A stretch of 64,000 nucleotides of DNA, from the IMG/VR virus record IMGVR_UViG_3300028920_002953, positions 7,848 through 71,847 of that record; one strand, 5' to 3'. Positions 28,901-36,919 of this stretch are shown here, piece by piece. The notes under the pieces are model-generated. The model searched no databases. It saw nothing but the letters and a program-made list of their open reading frames with translations, and had not been told where the DNA came from. Both the position numbers and the translations under genes were made by a program. Source of the DNA: a virus. How positions within the stretch are numbered: position 1 is the stretch's first letter; the number at the start of each line of letters is the position of its first letter.

Positions 28901-31900
28901 GCAGTTTTATTTGATGATACCACGGACTATGTCAGTCTTGGTAATTCAATACTTAATGATTGGACTCAATTATCAATATCGATGTGGGTTAACTTTGAAA
29001 CCCTCCCATCTCACGATGAAGATTTAATTAGAAAAGGCGCTCATGATAGCGGATCTTCATTTGTATTTTGGAGAGATTATACAGCAACAGAAAACACCAT
29101 CGCATTTCTTATTAACGACGGTTCGGATTACTCTGGTGTTTATTATTCCGATACGAATATATCTACCGGTTGGAATCACATTGTATTTACTTTTGATGGA
29201 AACAATGAGTCGAGACTTTTTATCAATGGGTCAGAGGATTCAAACTCCCCATTTGATATGTCGAGCATTGATTTTATTGAATCAGATGGCAACAGTACAG
29301 TTCTCGGTAAAGATACAGATTCTAACAAGACACTTGATGGTAGTATTGATGAATTAGGAATATGGAACAGGATACTTACTGCTAATGAAATAGCAACATT
29401 ATATAACAGTGGTGATGGTATATCCTATTGGGATATACAGGGTTCTTCATCCTCATCCAGAAGTAGTAGTTCATCGTCTACGGCAAGTGGGGTATCTTCG
29501 TCCTCATCGAGTTCTTCCCGATCATCCTCAAGCAGTTCCAGTAGCTCCAAATCATCCAGCTCAAGCAGCAGCAGTTCCCGATCATCCTCAAGCAGCAGTA
29601 GCTCCGAATCATCCAGCTCAAGCAGCAGTAGCTCCGAATCCTCGTCCTCATCTTCGGAATCCAGCTCTTCGTCCTCAGAATCGAGTGTCTCCTCTTCAAG
29701 CAGTTCTGAGTCGTCCTCAAGCAGCTCAGAATCCAGTTCCAGTTCCTCGAGTAGTTCAGAATCAAGCTCATCGGAATCTTCAAGCTCACGGAGCTCGTCA
29801 AGTAGGTCTTCATCAAGCAGCTCAGCATCAGTATATCTCTATGTGGCAGACATCACCTTAGAAGTGGAGCGGAGTATATCTTCAAGCTCAAGGTCGTCAA
29901 GTTCCAGTAGCCGATCATCCAGCTCTTCCTCCAGTTCTCGTTCATCCTCTTCGAGTTCAAGTAAATCTTCATCATCAAGTTCTCGGAGTAGTTCACGATC
30001 CAGCAGCTCTTCGAGCCTGTCAAGTTCCAGCCAGAGTGTCTCAAGCTCTTCCTCTTCTTTTACTGAGTCCAATAAAGTCTATTATACGGTAGATTCCACC
30101 AATGTGGATTCTGACTTGACAAACTTTCCTGTAATGATAAAGATTGATTCTGCTGATACTGACTTCCTTGAAGGTGTTACTTCATCTTCATGGCAGTACT
30201 TACACGCCACAGTTGACGGAGAAGAATGCTATGTAGAAGTAGATGTTTGGGATACTATTGCAGAAGAAGCTTTACTTTGGGTCAGGGTGGATGATTTATC
30301 ATCAACTGTAGACACTGCCATTACTCTGGAAATGCCTGGAACACTTAACACCGATAATGTTGGAAAGGCAGGAAGTACTCCTTCTCAAAATGTATGGACC
30401 TATAACTATGCCGGTGTTTATCATATGTCAGAAGATCCTTCTGGGACTTCTCCGCAACTATTAGACTCAACACCAAATGGAGATGATTGCATTTCTTCTG
30501 GGTCGATGACTTCCGGTGATTTAGTTGATGGTGATATCGGCAAGGGTATAGACTTTGACGGCAATGATGATTACTTCTATAATGATGATCTGAGATTTGC
30601 TTTTAATGGATCATTCGAATTCGCATTAAATGTATCCTCTCTGCCATCCAGCGATGAGACTATAATGCACTCCGGTGATTCATTCAATGGAACCAGAAGT
30701 AGAATGATAAGGCTGACATCCACAGGGAAGATCGCCTTCAGATATTATAGTGTAAGCTCTTGGCATTCGGCTGTATCCACTACTTCTATTTCAACAACGA
30801 GTACTAACATAATATCAATCTCTATCAATGATGGCGATAGTGAGGTGACATTCAATATAAATGGTACTGAGAATGTAGTCTCTCTGCCTCAAAGCCTCTC
30901 CTCTGTTAGCAACTATCCGTTCAAGATTGGCGCTGATAAGAGTATAACAATGGGCAACTTCTTCACAGGGAGAATGGATGAAGTCAGAGTATGTACGCTT
31001 CAAAGGGATAGTGCTTGGCAGAAAGCAACATACCACTCTCTGAATGATAGTCTTCTGACATTTGCCTCTTCTTCCAGCTCCTCTTCGAGAAGTTCATCTT
31101 CAAGCTCTTCTTCTTCGGAGTCTTCCAGCTCATCATCTTCAAGTGCGGTACTAACTGAGCAAGCCAAGGCGTGGGATGACACAAATATCGATTCGAATAT
31201 AGCACTGAGCATCGGCAACAAGAGGGCAACCAAGACTACTTCGGATGGATGGGTCGCAGTTGTTGGAGATACTGCTGTAACCACCGGTAAGTACTATTGG
31301 GAGATAAGTGGATATCAATCTGGAAGTCAAGCACATAGTATTGGAGTTGTTAATGAAGACTTCTCTTTCCCATATGGTATTCTCCTTGGAACTGATGGCT
31401 CCGGCGATTCATTTGGATTCTCCAGTTTCGATGGAAAGCTAAGAAAGGGCAACACTCAATACTTTTATGATAGTTTCTATCTTGCTTCAAATACTATTGG
31501 AGTTGCACTTGATTGTGATACCGGAAAGATTTGGTTTAGCAAACAAGGCACTTGGTTACAAAGTGGAGATCCAGCTAATGGAACCAATCCTGCCTTTACT
31601 CTTTCGGACTTCTCTGAGTTCAGACCGGCTGTAGGATTGTTTAGAAACACCGATTATTTAGATGCTCTATTCAACGAAGCGGATATGACATATACTCCTC
31701 CATCTGGCTTCGACTATTATGGCGCTGAGATATCATCAAGCTCTTCCTCTTCATCATCATCTTCTCGGTCAAGCTCTTCTTCTTCAAGCTCTTCTTCCAG
31801 CCGGTCTTCTTCCAGCTCCTCTTCGAGAAGTAGCTCAAGCAGCTCTTCTCGTTCATCCTCGTCGAAGTCAAGCTCAAGCCGATCATCGTCAAGCTCTTCT

Positions 31901-33040
31901 TCAAGCTCTAATCCTGCGGCAGAGTCTACCATAGAGATTCAAAGAGGTACAGTGAACGTAGGAAACACAGGCACAACTGATTCTCCTACAACCAACTTCG
32001 ACTCCCTTGACAAAGCGTTTGTACTCTTCAAGAGTAATCGATTCTCATCCGCTGGGCCAAGTACTCCGAGTGGAACCAACCGTCTTGTTGATGATGTATC
32101 TATGGCAGTTAGGTTAACTGCTACAGATACAATAGCTATTGACCGCCTCTCCGGTGGCGACAATCAAAACTATAGATGCGAGTGGGAGTCTTGGGAGTAT
32201 ACAGGTGGAGCCGGAGGAGCCAATGAGTTCAAAGTAATCGGGAGAGCTTCTGTAACGCTAACAGCAGGTACAAGAAACACAACGGTATCTTGGACAGGAA
32301 GTAATGCATCAAACGCCGATGACTGTATCCCATTCATCACCGGTATAACTAATACACAGGCTACAACCGATAGTAATGGGCTCACTGCTTACGCCAAGCT
32401 CACGAGTACTTCTCAGGTGTTTGTAGAAAGAGGAGGAAGCCTTGGAACGACAGTAGTAGAAATAACAATAGTAGAGTTTACCGGCTCCAACTGGACTGTG
32501 GGACACTCCTTTGTATCTCAGACTACTTCAGACAGCGGAACAGCAACGTTGTACTCTAACAAGGATGGAGTGACAACAACCCTAACACTAACAAGTATAG
32601 ATAATGCATTTCTCGCCTCTGTTGGATCAAGAGGAGATACAAATGATGCTGATGAAGCTCTCGCTGATAACTGGCCGAATGCTTATCTCAGTAGTACTAC
32701 TCAAATCAGTTGGGCCTTTGATGCGAACCACGCTGTCACTAACGGCAACGCCCATTTCTTCCACGTACTCTACAACGCTGATATAGATGTAACAAGGTAC
32801 ACAGATACACAAAGCCTCGGCGGAGATATGAATGTAAACATTACTACTGCCGGCCTAACAGATCTGAGTAAGTCAGCGATATTCGGCACGAGGATTACAT
32901 CCGGTACAGGAACAGCATTTCCAAGAGGAACTATGACATACAAGCTTGATACTACCACTCAGGCGGTGCTATGGTGTACAAGATCTGGTAATACAATATC
33001 TTCGAGAATAGAGATAATTGATTTGAGCGGGCTGTCTTAA
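22934..33040 (+). CDS. giant (3368 aa) modular tail fibre/adhesin: discoidin-like, 4 DUF2341-like/LamG units, LamG and SPRY domains with poly-Ser linkers
   Basis: Four repeats starting YY[TS][IV]DS..[VI]D..L..FPV with VYHMSEDPSG..DS..G.M...DLVD..GK..DFDG; a standalone LamG; SPRY near 31165-31725. Confidence 0.85.
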   Translation: MAHVKAYRLWFEESSSSSSSKSSSSRSSSSLSSSSSTLPGTKLRFLFDEGSSSFRGYVVLTKILISETIGGSQAMSEANGVASASSEYNDSNPAEYALVDSGMWHSGYDTPITDHWWMFEFNDGIQIDPVWYQIQARGGSYSDNDAPVGWRLQVYNESTSQWDTIDTVSGEPDFGDAEIRSYRVGYNGSSSSSSESSSSKSSSSSSESSSSSSSSAVPPPTSRSIYYTIDSTKVDSDLSNFPVAVKIEESSFFTDLDDQDWEYLKATVGGTECYIEVDKWDPNNDEAVLWIRVPSVSSSEDTVITITTLSSINLSYVGWVGSTPGQTVWSAFTAVYHMSEDPSGTAPQVKDSKGSYNLTSNGTMTDTDLVDDDWNKGIAFDGDNDYLSNSSLQLGTNFTVIAKMNFSSATHTSSRSITHQGHFGTSGQQGVSILISGTSSFVRCTYLRSVWRNVDSTNLISSGDNIIGVGFDSSGSNVHYNINGNAEDVAQPYAYNQTPSQPFHVAARNYTDSQDLFSDGTYDELFIATSVLSDDFIQAMYENLNGSLITHTPPDEKIYYTIDSSKVDSELTDFPVGIEINAETGFVFGRSSTDWRNIKATVEGEECYVEVVDWDTTNQTATIWVKVPTVSSTEDTCITIELLGSRNDEVEVSSQTVWDDFTGDDGDTPDTSLWYQSTTAGTTYLSIQDNKLHFDATSVSTMTQERFQSKFGFTGDFDIQLDVDVIENGVPSTNVNYAPTLSVVAYGWVASISVYRSVSERRIDARSTDVSQDHFTPPSEPYSTKLRLRRVSGVVAAQWYDPVSDRWEWDGVAGAWYSLGTKTGEMQVQITFEQEVNGEVEVDIDNFTINSADGVTAYVGYTGGIAGRQVWLEKYITVHHMAQDPSGGTDCILDSNRTRHLTPYGSMVAGDLVDEGFGKALDFNGTSQYLLASAFSREDTPISIEAYIKAETQGATHGGWIANQRDASTGDQWQIAIYPPTSDDDVLLDVFSGASTRCGRGQFDGIDGGGWKYLAFETDGGNGDTLTPYEDGVAGTTDTLTADVTLTSIAMYVARRGWDPSGYFKGKISELRVSRDVKGSAWIKATAAVYDGTLLEFDASSSSSSSSRSSSSSSISSSSRSSSSSVGVPSSREAWYSIDSTKIDAELTDFPVGIKIEESSFFSTLGEDSWQYLRATVDGEECFVEVDVWDPANDEAVIWVKVPTVSNTADTVVKIETITRRNDDIEITSLEVFDDFTGNDGDEPNATLWTKTVSGGDDCLSIQSNALNFDSPGNSSEHNNYVTSNFEIEGDFDVEVSFEITTENDGTSSLNYMPTMMVRKSSDDSTLGQIGAIQTADNVKRLQCTGTDISTTYISRTATSGKLRLTRVSGVITAYYDTGSGWEWDGSPSGLALDNSETGDVYFIIYFRQDPNGKVNASVDNFTINSADQVLTDGTATGYVGKTVDAAAQNVWDDDFVGVWHMSQDPSGGTNAIKDSTSNANHGTPAGSMTSGDLVDGDFGKAIDFDGSDDVINVSALGSAFTEWTVEGHVNPDALGADKTILTNDLPGWNDDVLIGFDPESAGIDLDNDVLSVSHQDSTDEIRTTVTNSTSLTIGTAFVFGVTATSADTLNIVVNGGTVAYDTKEGDALTFGNNAIQIGYNANGARAFDGKISELRISNSARSYAWIKATACVMDGTLLTYSADEPSLSSSSSSSASGVSVSSSSSSSSSRSSSLSSSSSSSSSSYVPVYEYTAKSLVLDIATNHGDASYIEVRQIDFWYQGTKLTLGPSDYTCYGQYYSYGLETRNIYDTSSSKTGSTNYNGWVRTGASNQRSTVVFNTPITFDEIRVNNGHHFGGNTTRGVNAVVMTISSDSITSTTYEATITNATVIFDGNWDEHVGSDVEDEQILFDIASSSSSSSSSSSSFYLSSSSSSSSSSNSSSNSSCESSSSSSSSSSSSESSSSSESATLDLSNGLQAYYSFENNCNDRLGNYDGTGNGVDYSTGKIEQAVLFDDTTDYVSLGNSILNDWTQLSISMWVNFETLPSHDEDLIRKGAHDSGSSFVFWRDYTATENTIAFLINDGSDYSGVYYSDTNISTGWNHIVFTFDGNNESRLFINGSEDSNSPFDMSSIDFIESDGNSTVLGKDTDSNKTLDGSIDELGIWNRILTANEIATLYNSGDGISYWDIQGSSSSSRSSSSSSTASGVSSSSSSSSRSSSSSSSSSKSSSSSSSSSRSSSSSSSSESSSSSSSSSESSSSSSESSSSSSESSVSSSSSSESSSSSSESSSSSSSSSESSSSESSSSRSSSSRSSSSSSASVYLYVADITLEVERSISSSSRSSSSSSRSSSSSSSSRSSSSSSSKSSSSSSRSSSRSSSSSSLSSSSQSVSSSSSSFTESNKVYYTVDSTNVDSDLTNFPVMIKIDSADTDFLEGVTSSSWQYLHATVDGEECYVEVDVWDTIAEEALLWVRVDDLSSTVDTAITLEMPGTLNTDNVGKAGSTPSQNVWTYNYAGVYHMSEDPSGTSPQLLDSTPNGDDCISSGSMTSGDLVDGDIGKGIDFDGNDDYFYNDDLRFAFNGSFEFALNVSSLPSSDETIMHSGDSFNGTRSRMIRLTSTGKIAFRYYSVSSWHSAVSTTSISTTSTNIISISINDGDSEVTFNINGTENVVSLPQSLSSVSNYPFKIGADKSITMGNFFTGRMDEVRVCTLQRDSAWQKATYHSLNDSLLTFASSSSSSSRSSSSSSSSSESSSSSSSSAVLTEQAKAWDDTNIDSNIALSIGNKRATKTTSDGWVAVVGDTAVTTGKYYWEISGYQSGSQAHSIGVVNEDFSFPYGILLGTDGSGDSFGFSSFDGKLRKGNTQYFYDSFYLASNTIGVALDCDTGKIWFSKQGTWLQSGDPANGTNPAFTLSDFSEFRPAVGLFRNTDYLDALFNEADMTYTPPSGFDYYGAEISSSSSSSSSSSRSSSSSSSSSSSRSSSSSSSRSSSSSSSRSSSSKSSSSRSSSSSSSSSNPAAESTIEIQRGTVNVGNTGTTDSPTTNFDSLDKAFVLFKSNRFSSAGPSTPSGTNRLVDDVSMAVRLTATDTIAIDRLSGGDNQNYRCEWESWEYTGGAGGANEFKVIGRASVTLTAGTRNTTVSWTGSNASNADDCIPFITGITNTQATTDSNGLTAYAKLTSTSQVFVERGGSLGTTVVEITIVEFTGSNWTVGHSFVSQTTSDSGTATLYSNKDGVTTTLTLTSIDNAFLASVGSRGDTNDADEALADNWPNAYLSSTTQISWAFDANHAVTNGNAHFFHVLYNADIDVTRYTDTQSLGGDMNVNITTAGLTDLSKSAIFGTRITSGTGTAFPRGTMTYKLDTTTQAVLWCTRSGNTISSRIEIIDLSGLS
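24800..24822 (+). repeat. 23-nt exact direct repeat, second copy at 26525-26547
   Basis: atatgggtcaaagttccaacggt (IWVKVPTV) in DUF2341-like units 2 and 3. Confidence 0.9.
29444..30058 (+). repeat. two poly-serine tracts (first about 129 aa) flanking a 14-aa peptide
   Basis: Ser tracts on both sides of YLYVADITLEVERS (29834-29875). Confidence 0.92.
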
Positions 33041-33131
33041 TTGGAGCAGACCTTCTCTATATTCATCATAGGGATGCCATGGCAATTGTTACCGTGGTGA
33101 TAGAGGTTTCCAACATTTCTTCATCATTGAG

Positions 33132-33383
33132 TTAATTACGAGATACAAGTGTACCATCAAGCATAATAAGACCCGGACAGTTATCACCTTTCGCTTCAAA
33201 TTTGTCTGCTAAGAAGTCTATTTGTATCCGTATACGGTCTTCTAATTTAGCACAAACAAGACCATGTTGGCCGGACACAAGGTATCTGCAACACTTTGCT
33301 CCTTGACCAACACGGCACCATTTAGATGTCCAGTCGTCTTCGAGATACAGTCGGGGTGCGAGGTTTAAAACGATCAGCTTCAT
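33132..33383 (-). CDS. small Cys-rich hypothetical protein
   Basis: CRVGQGAKCCRYL...CAK...C; AAGG RBS; last gene of the minus-strand module. Confidence 0.6.
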   Translation of the reverse strand: MKLIVLNLAPRLYLEDDWTSKWCRVGQGAKCCRYLVSGQHGLVCAKLEDRIRIQIDFLADKFEAKGDNCPGLIMLDGTLVSRN

Positions 33384-33894
33384 CCTTAACTTCCTTTACC
33401 ATTTCAGCTATTCTTTGTCTGTATTCCACATCTTGATTCATGCTTTGATATTCTAAAACCATCGCCCGTATATCTGCATAACTACGTGTTCTTAGAAGTT
33501 CTGCACTTGCTTGCCATTCACATTGTTGACATTCCCCGACATCAATGCTCTCCATAATGCGCCAAGTGGTTCTCTGCGTACATTTGGGGCAATGACTTGG
33601 ATATGCCCTTGACCGTATTGTTGCCTCTCCGGATTTTCTATCCGGCCAGTTTGATGCAGTGGTGTTCATGTATTCCTGCCTAAATACTTCCTCGAAGTCT
33701 TCATGTTCTGGTCTTGGAGTCCATATCCTACTTGGTTCTATTGGCAAATTTGTTCCTGAGAAATTGCCTTCGTTATCCTCTACCTCTTGCAACGCCCCTT
33801 TTGCATTCTTGAATGCCCTCATTGCTTGTTTGGTAGAAATGCCAAATGTTCTTGCAAGGGAAGTAAAACTGAGTAGGTCTTTTAGGTAAGTCAC
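33322..33894 (-). CDS. hypothetical protein with HTH-like N-terminus and zinc ribbon
   Basis: Likely GTG start 33894 after AAGGAAG; CPKC...CQQC. Confidence 0.6.
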   Translation of the reverse strand: MTYLKDLLSFTSLARTFGISTKQAMRAFKNAKGALQEVEDNEGNFSGTNLPIEPSRIWTPRPEHEDFEEVFRQEYMNTTASNWPDRKSGEATIRSRAYPSHCPKCTQRTTWRIMESIDVGECQQCEWQASAELLRTRSYADIRAMVLEYQSMNQDVEYRQRIAEMVKEVKDEADRFKPRTPTVSRRRLDI

Positions 33895-33910
33895 GCCATA
33901 CTTCCTTGTT

Positions 33911-34180
33911 TTAATTATTGCCACCCTTTTTGTCTTTGTCTTTGTCTTTGTCTTTGTCTTTGCCAAAGAACTCCTCCTTCTTTTCCTTCTCCTTACGCTT
34001 GTCAACCTGTTTCCAATTGGTATAACAATTCTTGCAGACGGAAAAGGTATTGAAGTCGATGTTGATTTCTTTCAAGTAGTGTTGGGCCTTTGCCAACCAA
34101 CCCTTGCGGTTAGGTGAACCGGTTAATTCAACGGTGGTTTCCGAAGCGCACTTGTCACAAATATAAGTTACTCGTATCAT
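33911..34180 (-). CDS. zinc-finger hypothetical protein with DK-repeat tail
   Basis: CDKC...CKNC; ATG 34180 just after the endolysin stop. Confidence 0.6.
   Translation of the reverse strand: MIRVTYICDKCASETTVELTGSPNRKGWLAKAQHYLKEINIDFNTFSVCKNCYTNWKQVDKRKEKEKKEEFFGKDKDKDKDKDKKGGNN
33929..33958. repeat. hexamer microsatellite (TTTGTC)5
   Basis: Five perfect copies; encodes DKDKDKDKDK on the minus strand. Confidence 0.95.
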
Positions 34181-34182
34181 TT

Positions 34183-34791
34183 TTACACCTTTGCAATTTC
34201 TACACGTTTTAGCCAACCAACCAAGAACTCAGCTTGCCGGTAGTCCTTTTCAATATATCTCAGGTAGTGGTTGCCCTGCATTATATTCATCATCTTGTAT
34301 AATGTAGGTACATGTTTTGGGTTGATCTTGGTCAAGGCAGTGTACGTTTTGTTGCCGAATACACCATCTTCGATCAATGGGGTTGTGGTGGTGACAGATT
34401 TGCGCAATCCTATAGCATTCAAGGATTTTTGCAAAAACAAAACAGCCCTCTGTACACCCATGTTGACACCAGTATCGAACAGTTCTTCGGCGATCTTTTG
34501 ATATGATGGATCAAGTAAATCACCAAGGAACACATCCCAATAATAAAGCTTGTAAAATATGGGTATGCATGCTTGCAACTCATCATAGTCTTTCAAATGG
34601 TCAACAAACGCCGCACCGTGTTTCCCCTTGGCATGATCAATGATCTTCCAACCTTCCCATTCTGGATGAAATACGCGAGAAATACCTTTGTAAGTTTCAC
34701 CACCTACATCTCTTGGGTTTTTTGAATAGGCAGCAACTTTACTGGCCTCATGTTTCATAGTTTTTTCATATGCTCTCCCAAAGTCTGCCAT
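34183..34791 (-). CDS. endolysin, glycoside hydrolase family 108 with peptidoglycan-binding C-terminus
   Basis: MADF..AYEKT.KHE...NPRDVGGETYKGIS; ELFDTGVNMG; EDGVFGNKT; FLVGWLKR. Confidence 0.92.
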   Translation of the reverse strand: MADFGRAYEKTMKHEASKVAAYSKNPRDVGGETYKGISRVFHPEWEGWKIIDHAKGKHGAAFVDHLKDYDELQACIPIFYKLYYWDVFLGDLLDPSYQKIAEELFDTGVNMGVQRAVLFLQKSLNAIGLRKSVTTTTPLIEDGVFGNKTYTALTKINPKHVPTLYKMMNIMQGNHYLRYIEKDYRQAEFLVGWLKRVEIAKV

Positions 34792-35159
34792 TATTGTACT
34801 CCTGTTGTTATATGGTTTAACTGCATTTTTTGTGTGGCATTTCGTCTGAATTCTGAAAATCTACTCGTATGCTTTGGGCTTAGAATAACATCCATGTCGA
34901 TGCCGTATTCAAGCAGTTTCTTTTTTACAAACTCATCTGACTTGTGTGAATACAAGACAAATATTGCTGTTATTCTGGATGTCCAATGAAAAGAGAACGG
35001 GTCACATATGCCGTGAATACAATCATCAGCTAATTCATCCGATATCTGTTCTGCGTCTTCCTCTTTGTTGTTTTCTTCGATCTTGTATTTTGCGCCTATC
35101 GGTACAAGATACTGAACAATTATGCTCGACTTCAATTCGATTAAGTTCCGCACATACAT
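34791..35159 (-). CDS. hypothetical protein
   Basis: Stop overlaps the endolysin ATG (TAATG); start uncertain. Confidence 0.5.
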   Translation of the reverse strand: MYVRNLIELKSSIIVQYLVPIGAKYKIEENNKEEDAEQISDELADDCIHGICDPFSFHWTSRITAIFVLYSHKSDEFVKKKLLEYGIDMDVILSPKHTSRFSEFRRNATQKMQLNHITTGVQ

Positions 35160-35239
35160 AGACGATGGTTTCCAGTGGTAACTTTACCCTTATTCCGTGC
35201 TCGTGGCAATATTTGAGTGCCTCTAAGCGTTCTGCCATT

Positions 35240-35713
35240 TCAGATTTCATTGATCTTTCTCCTCAATGCCTCTGCTGCCTTTAAGCACAGATCGTCTTTG
35301 TCCTCCCATTTGCCCTGTTGGTCTATCCGTCTTACAAGACCGTTGATCTTGTACAATAACTTGTTAAACAACCGTTGTTTTTCACCTTTGGTAATGCTGA
35401 TTTGATATACCACCATATCAACAAAGATTGCAATACCCATCATAGGGGTGAAATGTTTGCCGCTTATTAGGAAAGTATTTTTCATATAGTCGATGGCAAC
35501 TTGCACTTTTTTAATGTCTTTTGTTGTTAAATGCCCACCCTCCTTTGTAAGGAATGCACGAATAATGGCACACCGTTCTTTAATCATCCTCATATCGTTT
35601 TGAAATGTGGCGTTGCGTTTTCGATGTCGATAATCTTGCTCCCATAGCATATCAAGCAACCCTTCTACTAATGCAATGGTCACATGTTGTCTGAGTGCTG
35701 ATTTGCTTGGCAT
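35240..35713 (-). CDS. hypothetical helical protein
   Basis: 157-aa ORF coupled to its neighbours. Confidence 0.65.
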   Translation of the reverse strand: MPSKSALRQHVTIALVEGLLDMLWEQDYRHRKRNATFQNDMRMIKERCAIIRAFLTKEGGHLTTKDIKKVQVAIDYMKNTFLISGKHFTPMMGIAIFVDMVVYQISITKGEKQRLFNKLLYKINGLVRRIDQQGKWEDKDDLCLKAAEALRRKINEI

Positions 35714-35994
35714 TATATGTTATCCCTTAGTTTGTTAACATACTCTCTGAAACGTATTATAAGTTTCTTTTCAACGGGCCTTGTTATTTCCACAACGTAA
35801 ACAGTGGAGTTGATATCGCTCACAGCATTGCGAAGACCGGTGATAGTACCATCGTAGATATTCACATGGCCCTTTTTTGCTTCTGAAAAGACACGGTGAG
35901 CAATGTCAACTGTAAGATCATTAGAGGAGTACTTTGGTTCCTTGTTGAACAGTCTTAACCAAAGGGTTTTTATTTTTAGGAAAAGTCTTCGCAT
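35713..35994 (-). CDS. hypothetical protein
   Basis: 93-aa ORF, TAATG coupling with the next gene. Confidence 0.55.
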   Translation of the reverse strand: MRRLFLKIKTLWLRLFNKEPKYSSNDLTVDIAHRVFSEAKKGHVNIYDGTITGLRNAVSDINSTVYVVEITRPVEKKLIIRFREYVNKLRDNI

Positions 35995-36850
35995 ATTTAA
36001 TGCCTTTTAGAAACTTGAGGTCTTGTATCATAATTGAATGGTCAGTGCGCTCCACGATGATTGGCGTTCGTGGCTTTATACGTTTGATAATATCCAGTAC
36101 AAATTCAACGCCATGCTTACTCTCGATCAATGGTGTAAGACTATGCCGATCCAAATGGAAACCAAACCGTACATTCCTTGGGATAGCATTCATATGTATA
36201 CAGTCCATGCTGTGCATATCAATGGACTGCAGGTGTTCACCGGCAGCATAAGCATGCTCTGTGTCAAAGCAAATACCAATGTCAATCTTACGATCACGCA
36301 AATAGTATTTGATTCTATCAAGCCAAACTGTCGTAGGTGCAGGGTTAGTTTTGCCTCCAGCATCATTTTCCAACAATAGCCTTAAATTGGGGCATACCTT
36401 TGCAAACCGCATGGCATTGCGTTTGATAGCGAGCTTGGTTTGCGTCGGAGTTTGATGGATACCCTTGCAGTGTACCACTACATCCGTCCTATCTTGATAT
36501 CGCATCCAGAACTTGTTTAACTCCATGAATCGTTTTGCATGAACTGGTTTGGGTTTCAAAAGCAAGTGATAGTAAAACGGCATATGCAAGATGATATTGC
36601 ACTCGCTTGCCAAAGTGGTAATGGTTCTATGGGGTTTGAGATATTTACCCCATTTGTTAAAATCAGCGACCACTTGAAAGTTAGTTACATCCTCTTTTAT
36701 GTAGTCTTCTATTTCACTGATCTTAGGATTGCTGCTAACTGTGACGCCGAGATTGAGTTTTCTTTGTTCAGGTTTTTGCTTCTTTTGAACTTTAGTTTTC
36801 TTCCGAGCATTGACCGCCATATCCACCCCATATAGGTTTCTCTGGCCCAT
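35921..36850 (-). CDS. endonuclease IV-like AP endonuclease (TIM barrel)
   Basis: Metal-ligand motifs HMPF, VVHC, LLLEND, ICFDTEH, CIHMN, DRH, IIVE; start may be 36820. Confidence 0.8.
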   Translation of the reverse strand: MGQRNLYGVDMAVNARKKTKVQKKQKPEQRKLNLGVTVSSNPKISEIEDYIKEDVTNFQVVADFNKWGKYLKPHRTITTLASECNIILHMPFYYHLLLKPKPVHAKRFMELNKFWMRYQDRTDVVVHCKGIHQTPTQTKLAIKRNAMRFAKVCPNLRLLLENDAGGKTNPAPTTVWLDRIKYYLRDRKIDIGICFDTEHAYAAGEHLQSIDMHSMDCIHMNAIPRNVRFGFHLDRHSLTPLIESKHGVEFVLDIIKRIKPRTPIIVERTDHSIMIQDLKFLKGIKYAKTFPKNKNPLVKTVQQGTKVLL

Positions 36851-36919
36851 CGCATTTCCATAGTGCGCTTATTTAAAACCATCACGCTGTATGAAAACAA
36901 TCGGCGTTTGTAATAGTGT

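Noticed and set aside
19480-31932. Minus-strand acidic ORFs (19480-19788, 19810-20004, 26119-26643, 29839-30072, 31000-31284, 31717-31932)
   Set aside because: They are antisense shadows of the poly-Ser tracts and lie wholly inside long + strand genes
14586-33040. Diversity-generating retroelement or invertible fibre cassette
   Set aside because: No reverse transcriptase or invertase seen, and the repeats differ at all bases rather than only at adenines
33041-33131. Bidirectional terminator at the convergence of the two modules
   Set aside because: Only a short palindrome (tgccatggca) without a U-tract; not enough to call
33929-33958. (TTTGTC)5 as a phase-variation switch
   Set aside because: A unit of 6 nt keeps the frame and only changes the length of a DK tail; the TKTKTK reading in ORF 33322-34005 lies upstream of the likely true start
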